NCBI GenBank assembly: GCA_034530615.2
Contig: JAVRCV020000043.1
Location: forward strand, 1-64,000
DNA from: Aulosira sp. ZfuVER01
Lineage (GTDB): Bacteria; Cyanobacteriota; Cyanobacteriia; Cyanobacteriales; Nostocaceae
Length of the DNA: 64,000 nucleotides
Reading direction: 5' to 3'
Both the position numbers and the translations under genes were made by a program. Every line of letters begins with the position of its first letter. Within the stretch, counting starts at the first letter, position 1. Positions 50,472 to 62,300 of this stretch are shown here, piece by piece. The notes beneath the pieces were generated by a model that saw nothing but the letters and a program-made list of their open reading frames with translations, ran no database searches and was not told the DNA's origin.

Positions 50472-51251
50472 ATGATGGAAATTTACTCTGCTAACCCTAC
50501 CTCTCAGCAAAAACTAGCAAATACCCGTGCAACTACCAAGGTGGCTCATACTACCTCTACTACCTCGTGGGTTTCTGCTTGGTTAGCGCCTCTAGCGTAT
50601 CTATTAGGAAGACACTTCCTCATCCCCTCGTTTTTTGGGAGGATTACAATCATTGGGCAAGAAAATCTTCCCACAACTGGCCCTGTGATTCTCGCACCTA
50701 CCCACCGTGCACGTTGGGATGCATTGCTTGTACCCTATGCGGCGATCGCTTGTAACGCAAAACAAGACTTACGATTTATGGTGACTAGTAGCGAATGCAA
50801 AGGGTTACAAGGCTGGTTTGTCCGACGCTTAGGGGGATTTCCTGTCAATCCTAAACATCCGTCAATTACTACCTTACGACATGGGGTTGATCTGCTTCAG
50901 CAGAAAAAAACCTTAGTAATCTTTCCAGAAGGCGGTATTTACCGTGATGGTGAAGTTCACCCATTAAAGCCAGGAATTGCGCGTCTAGCTTTGAGTGCTG
51001 AATCTAGTCAGCCAGATTTGGGAATTAAAATTATACCTATTAGTATCAATTACAGCCAAACATATCCAAACTGGGGTACAGATGTGATGATTCACATTGG
51101 CCCAGCAATAAAAGTTGCAGATTATAGTCAAGGTTGTGTAAAACAAAATGCCAAATGCCTAACTAGCGATTTAGCTAAAGTTTTGCAACAACTCAGCCAC
51201 CAAGAATCAGAAATTACTAGTCACACATTTGTAGAAATTCCTAATTCTTAA
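50472..51251 (+). CDS. plsC: 1-acyl-sn-glycerol-3-phosphate acyltransferase family protein
   Basis: HRARWD (HX4D) and IFPEG motifs. Confidence 0.8.
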   Translation: MMEIYSANPTSQQKLANTRATTKVAHTTSTTSWVSAWLAPLAYLLGRHFLIPSFFGRITIIGQENLPTTGPVILAPTHRARWDALLVPYAAIACNAKQDLRFMVTSSECKGLQGWFVRRLGGFPVNPKHPSITTLRHGVDLLQQKKTLVIFPEGGIYRDGEVHPLKPGIARLALSAESSQPDLGIKIIPISINYSQTYPNWGTDVMIHIGPAIKVADYSQGCVKQNAKCLTSDLAKVLQQLSHQESEITSHTFVEIPNS

Positions 51252-51304
51252 TATGGTCAAGACTCCAGAGTGATTAACCTTTACCAAGGAACAATGACCA
51301 TTGA

Positions 51305-53407
51305 CTAAATACTCAAATTTAATTCCCAGCTATTCAATTGACCGACATCTTGTGGTGCATAATCGACGAGCCATAATTGCCAGCGTCCTTTAGCTGAAGA
51401 GGATAGCAATTGTTTGAGAGATGGGTGCGATCGCACTGTATAAGTTGTTTGTAAATTAGTGCGGCGGCCTAAGGTGCGATTTTGCAATAACACTTGTTGA
51501 TTATTGGGTGCTATTAAATAAATTTCTAGATCGCCTAAAAAATCATGAGTAATATTAACTGTTACTTGAATATCTTGGACTAAGTTCGTCTCTGAAATGG
51601 CGATCGCACTTTTTATTCCCTGTTTATTATTATCTGGAATTCCTAGCGGGCTATCATTTTTGCCCTTAATTTGCTTGGTAGCAGTTGATGTTCCTGTACG
51701 CAGTTGCTGTGCGGCTTGCACTGCTTTAGCTGCATTCACCTTGCCATAACCAAACCATTGCGAATGGCCGTTACTGTCGTAAGTCCCTTCGCGTAAACCT
51801 AGTTGTGGGTCAGGGTTAGTGTCTAAAATTTTATCCGTGGTCTCTTGTAATATGCGTCTGACTTGTTGGGCGGTTAAGTCAGGATTTGCTGACAACATCA
51901 GTGCTGCCACACCTGCGACTACAGGTGTGGCGCCAGAAGTCCCGCCAAAGTTGCGGGTAAAGTCCCCAGGATCGTAACCTGCGGCTCCTAATTGATCGGT
52001 GGTGAGCATTCCTAATCCTGAAAGCGAAGTTGCGATCGCAGGTTGTGTTTCCATAAATCCAGCCTCCTGAAACCACATCCCAGGAGGAGCATTGTTACTA
52101 GGCGCACACACTGCAATATTATTACCCCAATTGCTGTAGGCTGATTTCTTGCCCAAACTCGTAGAAGCAGCGATCGCTATCACATCTGTATGTACCGCAA
52201 AACCACTTAACCAGTCTGTATTACCTGATAACAGATTTTTAGGCCAATTGCGTTCGTAAACAGTACCATCAATTGGACGGTTGGCATTGCCTGCGGCAAA
52301 TAAAATCACACAACCTTTACCATTACGCCCTTTGGTAGCAGCGCGGGTAATCGCAGCACTTTGACGTAAAGACAGGGGAAAATAAACAGCAGATGCTCCC
52401 CAACTGCAAGAAATCACACTAGCGCCTTTGTCGATTGCCCAATTGAATATATCCTCAATTGATTCATCATCCAAAAACCCGGTGGTGCGAATTGGCATTA
52501 AAGCACAACCAGGGGCAACTCCAACAATACCTTTACCATTTTCTTCGGCTACAGCTATACCTGCACAAGCTGTACCGTGACTAGTTTCCTGTTCATCCGG
52601 CAAAGGTAAAAAATCATTTTCTTTTAAATCTCTAGGGGCAACAATCTTACCACTGCCTTGAAAATCTGGATGGTTCAAATCAAAAGAATCATCAACTACC
52701 GCCACAACCACAGAACGGACACCGCGAGTCATATCCCAAGCTTTCTCGATAGAAATATGAGAACCGGCTGCTAATTGATTACCGCCATTGTGGTTGAGAT
52801 ACCATTGCTGGGGATAGAGAGGATCGCGGGGTTTGTAATGAGTTTCCTGGCGTACAAGGATGTTAGGTTCAGCAGCTAATACTTCTTTTATTCCTTGCAG
52901 TTGATTAGCAATTTTGATGGGATTTTCTGTTGCTTGTTTACTGACACGAAACACAAAAGTATTAGGCAGACCAAGAACTGGTTTTTCTTGAACTAGGTTG
53001 AATGCAGTTGTGAGAGCATTTATCCTAGCTTCATCAACGTCAGCAGCAAATTGAATTGTAATTTGGTCATTGAGATATACAAAAGTTCCAGGATTATCTT
53101 TGAGTTTGTAAATATGGCTGGCAAAAGCAACATTTTGGTCAGCACGTGCTTGCGACATTGCTGTTTCTAACTGGTTGGGCGCTACCGTAAACAGTTCGAG
53201 CCTGGCTTGGGGAATGCTACGTTGCCAAGCTCCCCAACTAACTTGAGATAATTCCTGGTGAGGAATATCTTTAACAAAACGGATAGTGAAACGATCCAAA
53301 GCCTTTTCTAAAATTAATTCTTCACCACCGCGTTGTAATACCATTCCTAGATTACTAGCTGGTATACCTGTATTGGTAGAATTAGAGTAGTTAACGGGAT
53401 CATTCAT
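51305..53407 (-). CDS. S8 subtilisin-like serine protease with C-terminal P-domain
   Basis: Catalytic triad VAVVDD, HGTACAG, GTSGATP; proprotein-convertase P domain at the C-terminus. Confidence 0.93.
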   Translation of the reverse strand: MNDPVNYSNSTNTGIPASNLGMVLQRGGEELILEKALDRFTIRFVKDIPHQELSQVSWGAWQRSIPQARLELFTVAPNQLETAMSQARADQNVAFASHIYKLKDNPGTFVYLNDQITIQFAADVDEARINALTTAFNLVQEKPVLGLPNTFVFRVSKQATENPIKIANQLQGIKEVLAAEPNILVRQETHYKPRDPLYPQQWYLNHNGGNQLAAGSHISIEKAWDMTRGVRSVVVAVVDDSFDLNHPDFQGSGKIVAPRDLKENDFLPLPDEQETSHGTACAGIAVAEENGKGIVGVAPGCALMPIRTTGFLDDESIEDIFNWAIDKGASVISCSWGASAVYFPLSLRQSAAITRAATKGRNGKGCVILFAAGNANRPIDGTVYERNWPKNLLSGNTDWLSGFAVHTDVIAIAASTSLGKKSAYSNWGNNIAVCAPSNNAPPGMWFQEAGFMETQPAIATSLSGLGMLTTDQLGAAGYDPGDFTRNFGGTSGATPVVAGVAALMLSANPDLTAQQVRRILQETTDKILDTNPDPQLGLREGTYDSNGHSQWFGYGKVNAAKAVQAAQQLRTGTSTATKQIKGKNDSPLGIPDNNKQGIKSAIAISETNLVQDIQVTVNITHDFLGDLEIYLIAPNNQQVLLQNRTLGRRTNLQTTYTVRSHPSLKQLLSSSAKGRWQLWLVDYAPQDVGQLNSWELNLSI

Positions 53408-53578
53408 AGGTACACTTTTAGATACTATGATTAAGGGCTAAGGGAACTCAATTAGGCTGATTTTCAGTCTAAAACAGAGAAACCTAGTGTGTTGCTTTGC
53501 TTGGTCAAAGACGAAAACAGAGTTAAGATACCCGAAGTTTCCATTGCTTTTTATATATTTGTCGCACGAATTGATCCC

Positions 53579-54178
53579 ATGAACCTAGCAGCAGCTGTGC
53601 CCTGGATTCGCTTCACTTCTTTATCACTCATAGCAACCCTTAGTTTGCTATCACCTGTTAATGCTCAGGTAATCAAGTTACCGAGCAATAACCAAGCACA
53701 ACCTATTGACCCCAACAATCCAAATACTCTGCGTCCTGTAGCGCAAAACACTACCCTATTGAGCATTGACAGCGGCCAGCGTCTTCTCAAAGAAGCAGAA
53801 GGTGCAGTTTCTAGTCAACAATATGATGTAGCTGCCAAGAAACTCCAAGAAGCACGTCAGGTTTTCAATCAGCTATCTAATTTTTATCAGGATCTCAATT
53901 CTAGTTTTTCTGGAATTGACCTCAGAGTTTCTGATTCTCAGCGAGACAAAGCTAGACAGACCGCGCAATTGCGAGATGAAGCTACCTATAGGCTGGCATT
54001 GGTACATCGAGCACAAAATCAATCAGAATTAGCCGTACCTTTGCTCATACAAATTATCAAGAGTCAAAGCCCCACAAGGGATTTAGGCAAGAAAGCCTAC
54101 CAGCAGTTATATGAGTTAGGTTTTGTTGATGCACCCTATCCGCGGCAAGGTGGTAGTTCTTCTTCATCCCAAAAATAA
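53579..54178 (+). CDS. Conserved exported cyanobacterial hypothetical protein (TPR-like helices)
   Basis: Signal peptide; NQLSNFY...F.GID and AVPLL...SQ.PT...G..AY..L.ELGF. Confidence 0.8.
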   Translation: MNLAAAVPWIRFTSLSLIATLSLLSPVNAQVIKLPSNNQAQPIDPNNPNTLRPVAQNTTLLSIDSGQRLLKEAEGAVSSQQYDVAAKKLQEARQVFNQLSNFYQDLNSSFSGIDLRVSDSQRDKARQTAQLRDEATYRLALVHRAQNQSELAVPLLIQIIKSQSPTRDLGKKAYQQLYELGFVDAPYPRQGGSSSSSQK

Positions 54179-54381
54179 GCAAATATAGCAATCTTCTCGT
54201 TTGTTAAAGTCATGGCGGCTGAATGTCCGGTAGGATAGAGTTATCTACCGTCCGTAGAGGCATTCTGACCAACATTTGCCTAGAGCGCCTCGTTCCTTAG
54301 TCTTGCCAAAAAGTGCAAGTAGTAAAGGCGATCGCTCTATATCTGTTTAATAATAGAAAAGAAGTTTTTTCAGGAATTGCG

Positions 54382-54639
54382 ATGATTAGTCCGCAGCAGG
54401 TTGAGGAAATGATCAAAGCGGAACTGCCAGATGCCCTGGTTCAGGTGCAAGATTTGACTGGTGGTGGGGACCACTATCAAGTGACAGTAGTTTCATCGCA
54501 GTTTGCAGACAAAAGACTGGTGCAACAACACCAGCTAGTGTACGGTGCGTTGCGGCAAGCTATGTCAACTGAAGCGATTCATGCTTTGGCAGTAAAAACT
54601 TATACTCCCGAAGCGTGGCAGACAACAGCCGCCTCTTAG
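54382..54639 (+). CDS. bolA: BolA family protein
   Basis: GGDHY, VVS..F, HQLVY, IHAL; adjacent to the monothiol glutaredoxin. Confidence 0.92.
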   Translation: MISPQQVEEMIKAELPDALVQVQDLTGGGDHYQVTVVSSQFADKRLVQQHQLVYGALRQAMSTEAIHALAVKTYTPEAWQTTAAS

Positions 54640-54742
54640 CAGTTTCAATAATGACTGTTGAACGCCAGTAGCACGCCAGTCGCGGTCACTACGGGCACTG
54701 GCTCCTCTCGACTTATAAGCAAAAGCAGGAAACAGAAAAACC

Positions 54743-55066
54743 ATGACGCCAGAACTCAAAGAGAAAATTGATAACTTGGTACAACAAAACAAGATTTTGG
54801 TTTTTATGAAAGGAACCAAGTTGATGCCCCAATGTGGTTTCTCAAACAACGTTGTGCAAATTCTTAACACTTTGGGTGTTCCCTTCGAGACTGTTGACGT
54901 TCTCTCAGACTCCGAAATTCGTCAAGGAATCAAAGAATATTCCAATTGGCCAACAATTCCCCAAGTGTTTATTGATGGTGAATTCGTTGGCGGTTCAGAC
55001 ATCTTAATTGAACTGTACCAAAAAGGCGAATTGCAACAATTAGTAGAAGTAGCACTTGCTTCGTAA
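54743..55066 (+). CDS. grxD: Monothiol glutaredoxin Grx4
   Basis: Motifs PQCGFS, WPTIPQ, GGSDI. Confidence 0.95.
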   Translation: MTPELKEKIDNLVQQNKILVFMKGTKLMPQCGFSNNVVQILNTLGVPFETVDVLSDSEIRQGIKEYSNWPTIPQVFIDGEFVGGSDILIELYQKGELQQLVEVALAS

Positions 55067-55132
55067 AAACATCAGTATCCTTGAGTGCTAAACCAAAGGA
55101 TATATTACGTTATCAAATTTTAAGTAATCCAG

Positions 55133-55168
55133 AAAAATGTGAGGGAATTTAAATTCCCTCACATTTTT
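55133..55168. terminator. Perfect 36-bp palindrome; likely bidirectional terminator
   Basis: AAAAATGTGAGGGAATTT|AAATTCCCTCACATTTTT. Confidence 0.7.
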
Positions 55169-55974
55169 TATGACAGGGCGAGAGAACACCGCAAAAATAA
55201 GGTTTCCAAGCTGAGGGGTTCAACCCATCAATTTATTGACCCACAACATAATTAATTCCAAGACGAGATAACTACAAAGATTGAATAAATTACTTTTTGG
55301 TATTCCCTAATCAGTTGTCAGCGAACATTGACAACTGATGTTTGTATTGTGGAGGATGTTGAAATTTTGCGGCGAGTGCAAATTTAGGGTTGTTTTCCAT
55401 TACTCAATCCCCAGTACCCAATCCCCAATTCCTTTGAAAATGCAGAATTCCGTACCACTCTTGGAAATACTGAGGCGGCAATGACTTGGTATTAGCACTT
55501 CAGCGTTACTACTAACGCACTGATTATGACAATCACTTACTCTACTTACCAAATATTCCCTAGAGAAAAATTAGCAATTTGTCAGGATAGTACTTCTATC
55601 CCCGTGTAGATATAGGTATGCCGATTATGAACATGATTTTTACTGAAATATGTTTATACCACGTTACTTTTGTAACAGTCAAGTCCCATCAAAATTGAAA
55701 TGTTGAAAATGTATTTCAAAGCTTAAAGGCTAGCTGTAGATGTGAATAGCTATTGGTTCAATCAGAGTGCTACAGCCGCCGACTATTTCGGTAGTCATGT
55801 TTCAAAAACCATCAGTACAGTTTTTTTTAGATTTTTTTTAAAAAAACCGTAATGTTACCCTCAACCGTGTTAGTTCATCTTGAATCACGGGAACAATAGC
55901 AACAGTTAATTAGCTGACCTTAATTTTTAGCTGACCGTAATCTATTGTTACCTGGAGCCATTGAGACGATCTTT

Positions 55975-57222
55975 ATGCCAGCAACATCTTTTTACGCAGA
56001 TGCCCCCTACAATGCCCCAAAATCCCAGCATATCCTAGACCGAGATCTAACGGTTGATGATGAGTTACCTGTAGACGATTTACAGGATTTGGAGTTGGCT
56101 TCTGTTGATCCTGCTCATTTTGCTGCTAACACCAACCGTAGGAGTACAGACTTAGTACGCCTATATCTTCAGGAAATTGGTCGGGTTCGGTTGTTAGGCC
56201 GAGATGAGGAAGTTTCAGAAGCGCAAAAAGTCCAACGTTACTTACGTATGCGGATAGTACTTGCTAATGCCGCCAAACAAGGAGATGCAGTAATTGAGCC
56301 TTATCTGCGCTTAATTGAAGTTCAGGAGCGTCTAGCATCTGAATTGGGACATCGCCCGTCTTTGGAAAGGTGGGCTAGCACTGCTGGTGTGAACGTGTCG
56401 GATTTGAAGCCAATTTTGTCAGAAGGCAAGCGTCGTTGGGCGGAAATTGCCAAGATCACAGTGGAAGAACTGGAGCAAATTCAATCTCAAGGACTCCAGT
56501 CTAAAGAACACATGATTAAGGCTAACCTTCGCCTGGTGGTGTCTGTTGCCAAGAAGTATCAAAATCGCGGTTTGGAATTGTTGGATCTAGTCCAAGAAGG
56601 CACACTGGGCTTGGAGCGAGCTGTCGAGAAATTTGACCCAACTAAGGGTTATCGCTTTAGCACCTACGCCTACTGGTGGATTCGTCAGGGAATTACAAGG
56701 GCGATCGCAACTTCTAGCCGCACCATTCGCCTACCTGTTCATATTACTGAAAAGCTGAACAAAATCAAAAAAGCCCAACGCAAAATTGCTCAAGAAAAAG
56801 GTCGTACTCCCACACTGGAAGATTTGGCTGTTGAGTTAGAAATGACTCCTACCCAAGTACGAGAAGTTTTGTTGCGGGTACCTCGCTCCGTTTCTCTAGA
56901 AACCAAAGTGGGTAAGGATAAAGACACAGAGTTAGGAGAATTACTCGAAACTGATAGTGTCACCCCAGAAGAATTATTAATGCGAGAATCTTTACAAAGA
57001 GACTTGCAGCATTTGTTGGCTGATTTAACTAGCCGCGAACGTGATGTCATTCTCATGCGGTTTGGTTTGGCAGATGGTCATCCTTACTCTTTAGCTGAAA
57101 TTGGACGCGCACTTGATTTATCGCGGGAACGAGTACGGCAAATCGAATCCAAGGCTTTACAAAAGCTACGCCAACCAAAGCGACGTAACCTGATCCGCGA
57201 CTATTTAGAATCTCTCAGCTAG
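55975..57222 (+). CDS. sigC: Group 2 RNA polymerase sigma factor SigC
   Basis: DLVRLYLQEIGR, ANLRLVVSVAKKY, FSTYAYWWIRQ; position upstream of furA as in Anabaena. Confidence 0.9.
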   Translation: MPATSFYADAPYNAPKSQHILDRDLTVDDELPVDDLQDLELASVDPAHFAANTNRRSTDLVRLYLQEIGRVRLLGRDEEVSEAQKVQRYLRMRIVLANAAKQGDAVIEPYLRLIEVQERLASELGHRPSLERWASTAGVNVSDLKPILSEGKRRWAEIAKITVEELEQIQSQGLQSKEHMIKANLRLVVSVAKKYQNRGLELLDLVQEGTLGLERAVEKFDPTKGYRFSTYAYWWIRQGITRAIATSSRTIRLPVHITEKLNKIKKAQRKIAQEKGRTPTLEDLAVELEMTPTQVREVLLRVPRSVSLETKVGKDKDTELGELLETDSVTPEELLMRESLQRDLQHLLADLTSRERDVILMRFGLADGHPYSLAEIGRALDLSRERVRQIESKALQKLRQPKRRNLIRDYLESLS

Positions 57223-57254
57223 TGGTCTATGTCATTAGTTCGCCAGGTGAAATA

Positions 57255-57313
57255 AGTTCGTAGTCAGCACTTTAGTGCTTAAAATCTAAGATTGAAGTCT
57301 TAACTACGAACTT
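57255..57313. repeat. Inverted repeat downstream of sigC
   Basis: AAGTTCGTAGT...ACTACGAACTT arms. Confidence 0.6.
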
Positions 57314-57587
57314 CACTAACTCATCAGTAACCGAGTTGCTTGATCCCCGTTGCCAAAATCTCTCTTTAGTTTATGGCAAATAATTTTCATTTAAGTAGAC
57401 TAGAGTTTTGCGGACTCTACTTTCAAGATGCTTTGATCGCGGGGATCATCTATTACTTTTGGTTTATGAATATTTCATGATTATTATTCAGTCTTTAGTA
57501 AAAATTCTCAATAAGCTATGGTTGTTGCAAATTGCTCTAAATATTTGCTATATTCTCAACTATTAGGCTTTGTTGAGAAAAATTAGT

Positions 57588-58043
57588 ATGACTGTTTACA
57601 CATCTAGTTCACTCAAAGCAGAGTTAAACGATCGCGGCTGGCGTTTAACTCCCCAACGAGAAACAATTCTACACATTTTCCAAGAACTTCCGCAAGGTGA
57701 ACACCTCAGTGCTGAGGATCTTTATCATCGGCTAGAAACTGACGGTGAAGGAATAAGTCTGTCAACTATTTATCGGACTTTAAAGTTGATGGCCCGGATG
57801 GGTATTTTACGGGAATTAGAACTGGGGGAAGGACATAAGCATTACGAACTTAATCAGCCTTACCCCCATCACCACCATCACCTCATCTGTGTCAGATGTA
57901 ACAATACAATTGAGTTTAAAAACGATTCAATTTTGAAAATAGGAGCGAAAACTGCTCAAAAAGAAGGTTTCCATCTTCTTGATTGTCAGCTAACTATCCA
58001 TGCAGTCTGTCCCAAATGCCAAAGGGCGCTAATGCCGTTATAG
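57588..58043 (+). CDS. furA: Ferric uptake regulator FurA
   Basis: RLTPQR, STIYRTL, HHHHHLIC..C, C..C. Confidence 0.95.
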   Translation: MTVYTSSSLKAELNDRGWRLTPQRETILHIFQELPQGEHLSAEDLYHRLETDGEGISLSTIYRTLKLMARMGILRELELGEGHKHYELNQPYPHHHHHLICVRCNNTIEFKNDSILKIGAKTAQKEGFHLLDCQLTIHAVCPKCQRALMPL

Positions 58044-58172
58044 TACCTGGGTGGGATAACAAGGTAGAGCCTCAATCTAACCACAATATGGAATTTTGAG
58101 CAGTTTCTTATTCGCTGTTATCGGAGGTAGCAACTAGTTGGGGACATCTTACTGCCAGTACCTAAGCGGATG

Positions 58173-59354
58173 CTAAAAGCGTCCGCTTCTTATATCACTA
58201 AGGCTGATACCGTAAAATTCTTGAGCTTGTTTGATTGCTTTTTTGGTATCTTCTGCCATTACACCGTTAAGTTGACCTTTGTAAAAGCCCTTTTCGTGTA
58301 ATCGCCGTTGAATTTCCAACACACTAAACTCACTCTTGGGAGTATTACTCACTAAGCTATATAACTTAGCTCTGGTAGTTGGGCCAGCGATACCACTGGG
58401 TGCTAAGTAATTAGCAGCTTGAAATCGGCGGACAGCATCTGCCGTATAGGGGCCAAAATAGCCATTTGGTTCTCCCTGTAAATATCCGGCTTTAATCAAT
58501 TGTTCTTGGAGAACGCGAACTGGTTCACCGCGATCGCCCATACGGAGTTTATCGCGATCGACCAATGCTTTAGGAGCATCTTCGCCACCACCAATATCAG
58601 TTGGCGGTAGTTTTGCTAGTGTTGCAGGTCCGACAACGCCATCAGCATCTAACTTGTAAGCCGTTTGGAATCGCTTGACTGCTTCTTCAGTAATCGGCCC
58701 AAATATGCCTGTGGCGTTACCGTAGTAGAATCCAGCAACTCGCAACCGTTCTTGCAAAACTCTAACATTTTCACCTTCATCACCTCGAGAAAGGTAATTA
58801 GGATTGCTGCGCTTGGTAGCTGGCGTAGTTGATGCAGTAGCAACAACTGTTTTTTTAGCTGTTGTATTTGTGGTAATTGGTTTTTTGGTTTGTGTAGTAC
58901 TTACAACTGTTGGTTTAGTACTGGGTTGTCTCACCCCTGTATTTGTACTTACAGCTTTAGGCCGCCAGCTTTGTAATTTTTGCAGTGTAGTTGTGTTGAC
59001 GATACCATCTACTGGTAAACCTGCTGCTTTTTGGAAGCGACGGACAGCATCTTCTGTGGGGAAGTCGTAGATTTGAGTAATGGGAGCTTGATAAAAACCT
59101 ACTGTACGCAACCGTTGTTGTAGATTCCTGACAGAAGGGCCTTGATCGCCTCGTTCTAATGCCATGACACTACTAACGGCGCTGAGAATAGACAAAGTGA
59201 GGGCAAGAGGTAACATATACCTCCAAGCCCTACCAGAAAGCCTTTTCCAGTCTGGTGTTGCTGCTTTGTTAAACAAAGCACTCAGGGAAACCAATTCACT
59301 GGGTTGGCTGTCTTCGTAAGCAAAAGCTAGGTGGAAATACGCGAGGTTGTCCAT
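58173..59354 (-). CDS. Peptidoglycan-binding domain protein (Alr1690-like)
   Basis: Four PG_binding_1-like repeats (GD.G..VR.LQ...G.FG..T..AV.RFQ....L..DG..G); convergent with furA. Confidence 0.9.
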   Translation of the reverse strand: MDNLAYFHLAFAYEDSQPSELVSLSALFNKAATPDWKRLSGRAWRYMLPLALTLSILSAVSSVMALERGDQGPSVRNLQQRLRTVGFYQAPITQIYDFPTEDAVRRFQKAAGLPVDGIVNTTTLQKLQSWRPKAVSTNTGVRQPSTKPTVVSTTQTKKPITTNTTAKKTVVATASTTPATKRSNPNYLSRGDEGENVRVLQERLRVAGFYYGNATGIFGPITEEAVKRFQTAYKLDADGVVGPATLAKLPPTDIGGGEDAPKALVDRDKLRMGDRGEPVRVLQEQLIKAGYLQGEPNGYFGPYTADAVRRFQAANYLAPSGIAGPTTRAKLYSLVSNTPKSEFSVLEIQRRLHEKGFYKGQLNGVMAEDTKKAIKQAQEFYGISLSDIRSGRF

Positions 59355-59363
59355 ATCCGGTTC

Positions 59364-62300
59364 TTACACCACTGTTTGTTCTTCTATCGTTGCTTCAGCT
59401 TGATGTACAAGACTTCGTAACATTTCTAATGTTTGTGTATTTACATCCTGCCATAAACCGCGTTGGTATGATTCTAATAGTCTCTCAGCAATATCACGCA
59501 ATGCCCAAGGATTTTTTTTGTAAATAAAATCTGACACAATCGGATCGAGTAAATAAGCTTGTAATATGCCGTGATACATATAGTCTCCCACACATTGAGC
59601 CGTTGCATCATAGGCAAATAGAAAATCCATTGTGGCTGCCATTTCAAATGCTCCTTTATAACCGTGGCGCATCATTCCTGCAATCCACTTAGGATTAACT
59701 ACACGAGAACGATACACCCTGGCAATTTCCTCTTTGAGTTGGCGGACTCGTGGTTGAGCAGTAATAGAATTATCACCAAAATAAGTTTGGGGGTTTTTTC
59801 CTTGAAGCGATCGCACTGCGGCGGTTAAACCACCCTGAAATTGGTAGTAATCATCAGAATCAAGCAAGTCGTGTTCGTGGTTATCTTGGTTATGTAAGAC
59901 AGCTTGTGTTTGCATCAAACGCTGCTTTAAGGCTTCAGGTGCGGCAATTGGGGATGAGGAAGAATAAGCATAAGAACTCCAGTTGATGTAAGCACGAGCT
60001 AAATCCTCGTCATCTGTCCAATTTTGCGATTCAATTAAGCCTTGTAATCCTGCACCGTAAGCACCTGGTTTAGAACCAAATATACGGTAGCGCGATCGCA
60101 CAATTGCTTCTTCTGAAGTTAAACCTTGTTCTGTCCAAAAATCAGTATCTTGGCGAACTTGTGCTGCTAGCGGGTTTTCTTCTGGTGATTCGTCTAATGC
60201 TGCTACTGCTTGTACAGCTGAGTCAAATAAATCAATCAAGTTGGGAAAAGCATCTCGGAAAAACCCAGAAATTCTTAAAGTAACATCAACACGCGGTCTT
60301 CCTAAAACTGACAGCGGTAAAATCTCAAAATCTACTACGCGCCGTGCTGCACCATCCCATACAGGTTGCACACCCAACAACGCTAACGCCTCAGCAATGT
60401 CATCACCTCCAGTCCGCATAGTAGCTGTTCCCCATACAGATAAAGCTAGTGTTTTGGGATACTCACCATTATCTTGGGTATAACGTTCAATTAAGGTTTC
60501 TGCTGCTCTTCTTCCGATATCCCAGGCTGTCTCTGTAGGTAAGGCGCGAATATCAACAGAGTAAAAGTTTTTACCTGTGGGTAAGACTTCTGGGCGTCCG
60601 CGTGTGGGTGCACCAGATGCAGCACTTTGAATATATCTACCATCAAGTCCGCGTAACAAGTTGGTAATTTCTTGGCTGGTTTTTTGCAATGCGGGGAGGA
60701 GTTTTGCAGCGATCCAGTTAATAACAGTGCTGAGTGCTGAGTTGTGAGTTGTGAGTTGTGAGTTATTAGCAATTAGTTGTTCGACGAGGAAGGCGGCGTG
60801 GTCTTCTAAGATTTCAATAGCATCACCGATAGTGTGACAGGATTGGAGTTTTGCTAAAGGTGCAGAAGAAGATTTTGGTAAGGTGAATTGATCGCGGAAG
60901 TCGGCTGTTAAGGGATCGAAATCTAAACCCCAATCTTGAGTTAAGGCGCGGGTAATACCGATGGAATGGCGATTGGGGATGCGGGCAATCGCTACTATTA
61001 AATCGCGTAATTGTCGTCCTTGAGGACATTGCCCAAAAATGTGCAATCCGTCACGAATTTGGGCTTCTTTTAATTCGCAAAGATAGCCATTTATGGAATT
61101 TAAAATTAAAATTTCAAAATTTAAAATATCTTGTTCATTCTTAATGCCTAAATCTTGATGTAAATTTTCTTGAACAATTAGTTCGCGGATGCGATCGCGA
61201 ATCATTGGCAGTCTTACCGGATCTAAACTTTCAGCTTCGTAATACTCATCAATTAAATTCTCCAGTTGTTGCAGTGAACCATATAGTTCTGCACGAGTCA
61301 TTGGAGGTGTTAAATGGTCAATAATTACGGCTTGAGTACGGCGTTTAGCTTGTGAACCCTCACCAGGATCGTTGACAATAAATGGGTATAAATGAGGCAT
61401 CGGCCCTAAAGCAACTTCTGGATAACAATTACTTGATAACGCCAGACTTTTACCCGGAAGCCATTCGAGATTTCCATGTTTTCCTACATGAACCACAGCA
61501 TCCGCAGCAAAACATTCCCTCACCCAATAATAAAAAGCTAAATAAGCGTGGGTTGGTTCCAAATCCGGTGCATGATAACTCAAACTGGGGTCAAGATCGT
61601 AGCCTCGTGCCGGCTGAATTCCCACGAAGACGTTACCGAGTTGAATTCCGGGGATGGGAAAGGAGGACAAGGGGACGCGGGGACGCGGGGACGCGGCGAA
61701 ATTTTGATTCTCCACGTCTCCCTGTCTCACCATCTCCGCGTCCTCTTCTAATCCCCAGCGTTGAGAAATACCTTGCTGTACTGGCTCTGGTAAAGTAGCG
61801 AAATAATTTTGATATTCGTCCACAGAAAGACTTTGCTGTACTGTACGCCAATCTTTACCTTCTGGATCGTTTGTTACGCCAGCAGTAAGACGTTGAATTA
61901 ATTCATCGCTATCAGCAGGTAAATTTTCTACTTGATAGCCAGCTAACTCCAAAGCTTGGAGAATTTCGATACAACTAGCTGGGGTATCCAGTCCTACACC
62001 ATTAGCGAGGCGGCCATCACGGTTAGGGTAATTTGCCACAATCAAAGCAATACGCCGTTCTTGGGGTGGCTTGGAACGTAGGCGTACCCAATTAGCTGCC
62101 AGTTGGGTGACGAACTCAATGCGATCGCTTACTGGCTCATAAACTACCACATCTGTTTCTAAATTCTGATTGCGAGCTTGCACTGTTTTAAAAGACACAG
62201 CACGACTAATAATTCGCCCATCCACCTCTGGTAGTGCCACATTCATAGCAATATCGCGGGGAGAAAGTCCTGACAACTGTAACTCCCACTGCTCAACAGC

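Noticed and set aside
54218..54266. Imperfect hairpin upstream of bolA
   Set aside because: Single imperfect stem with no second copy seen; cannot be distinguished from a terminator or decayed repeat.
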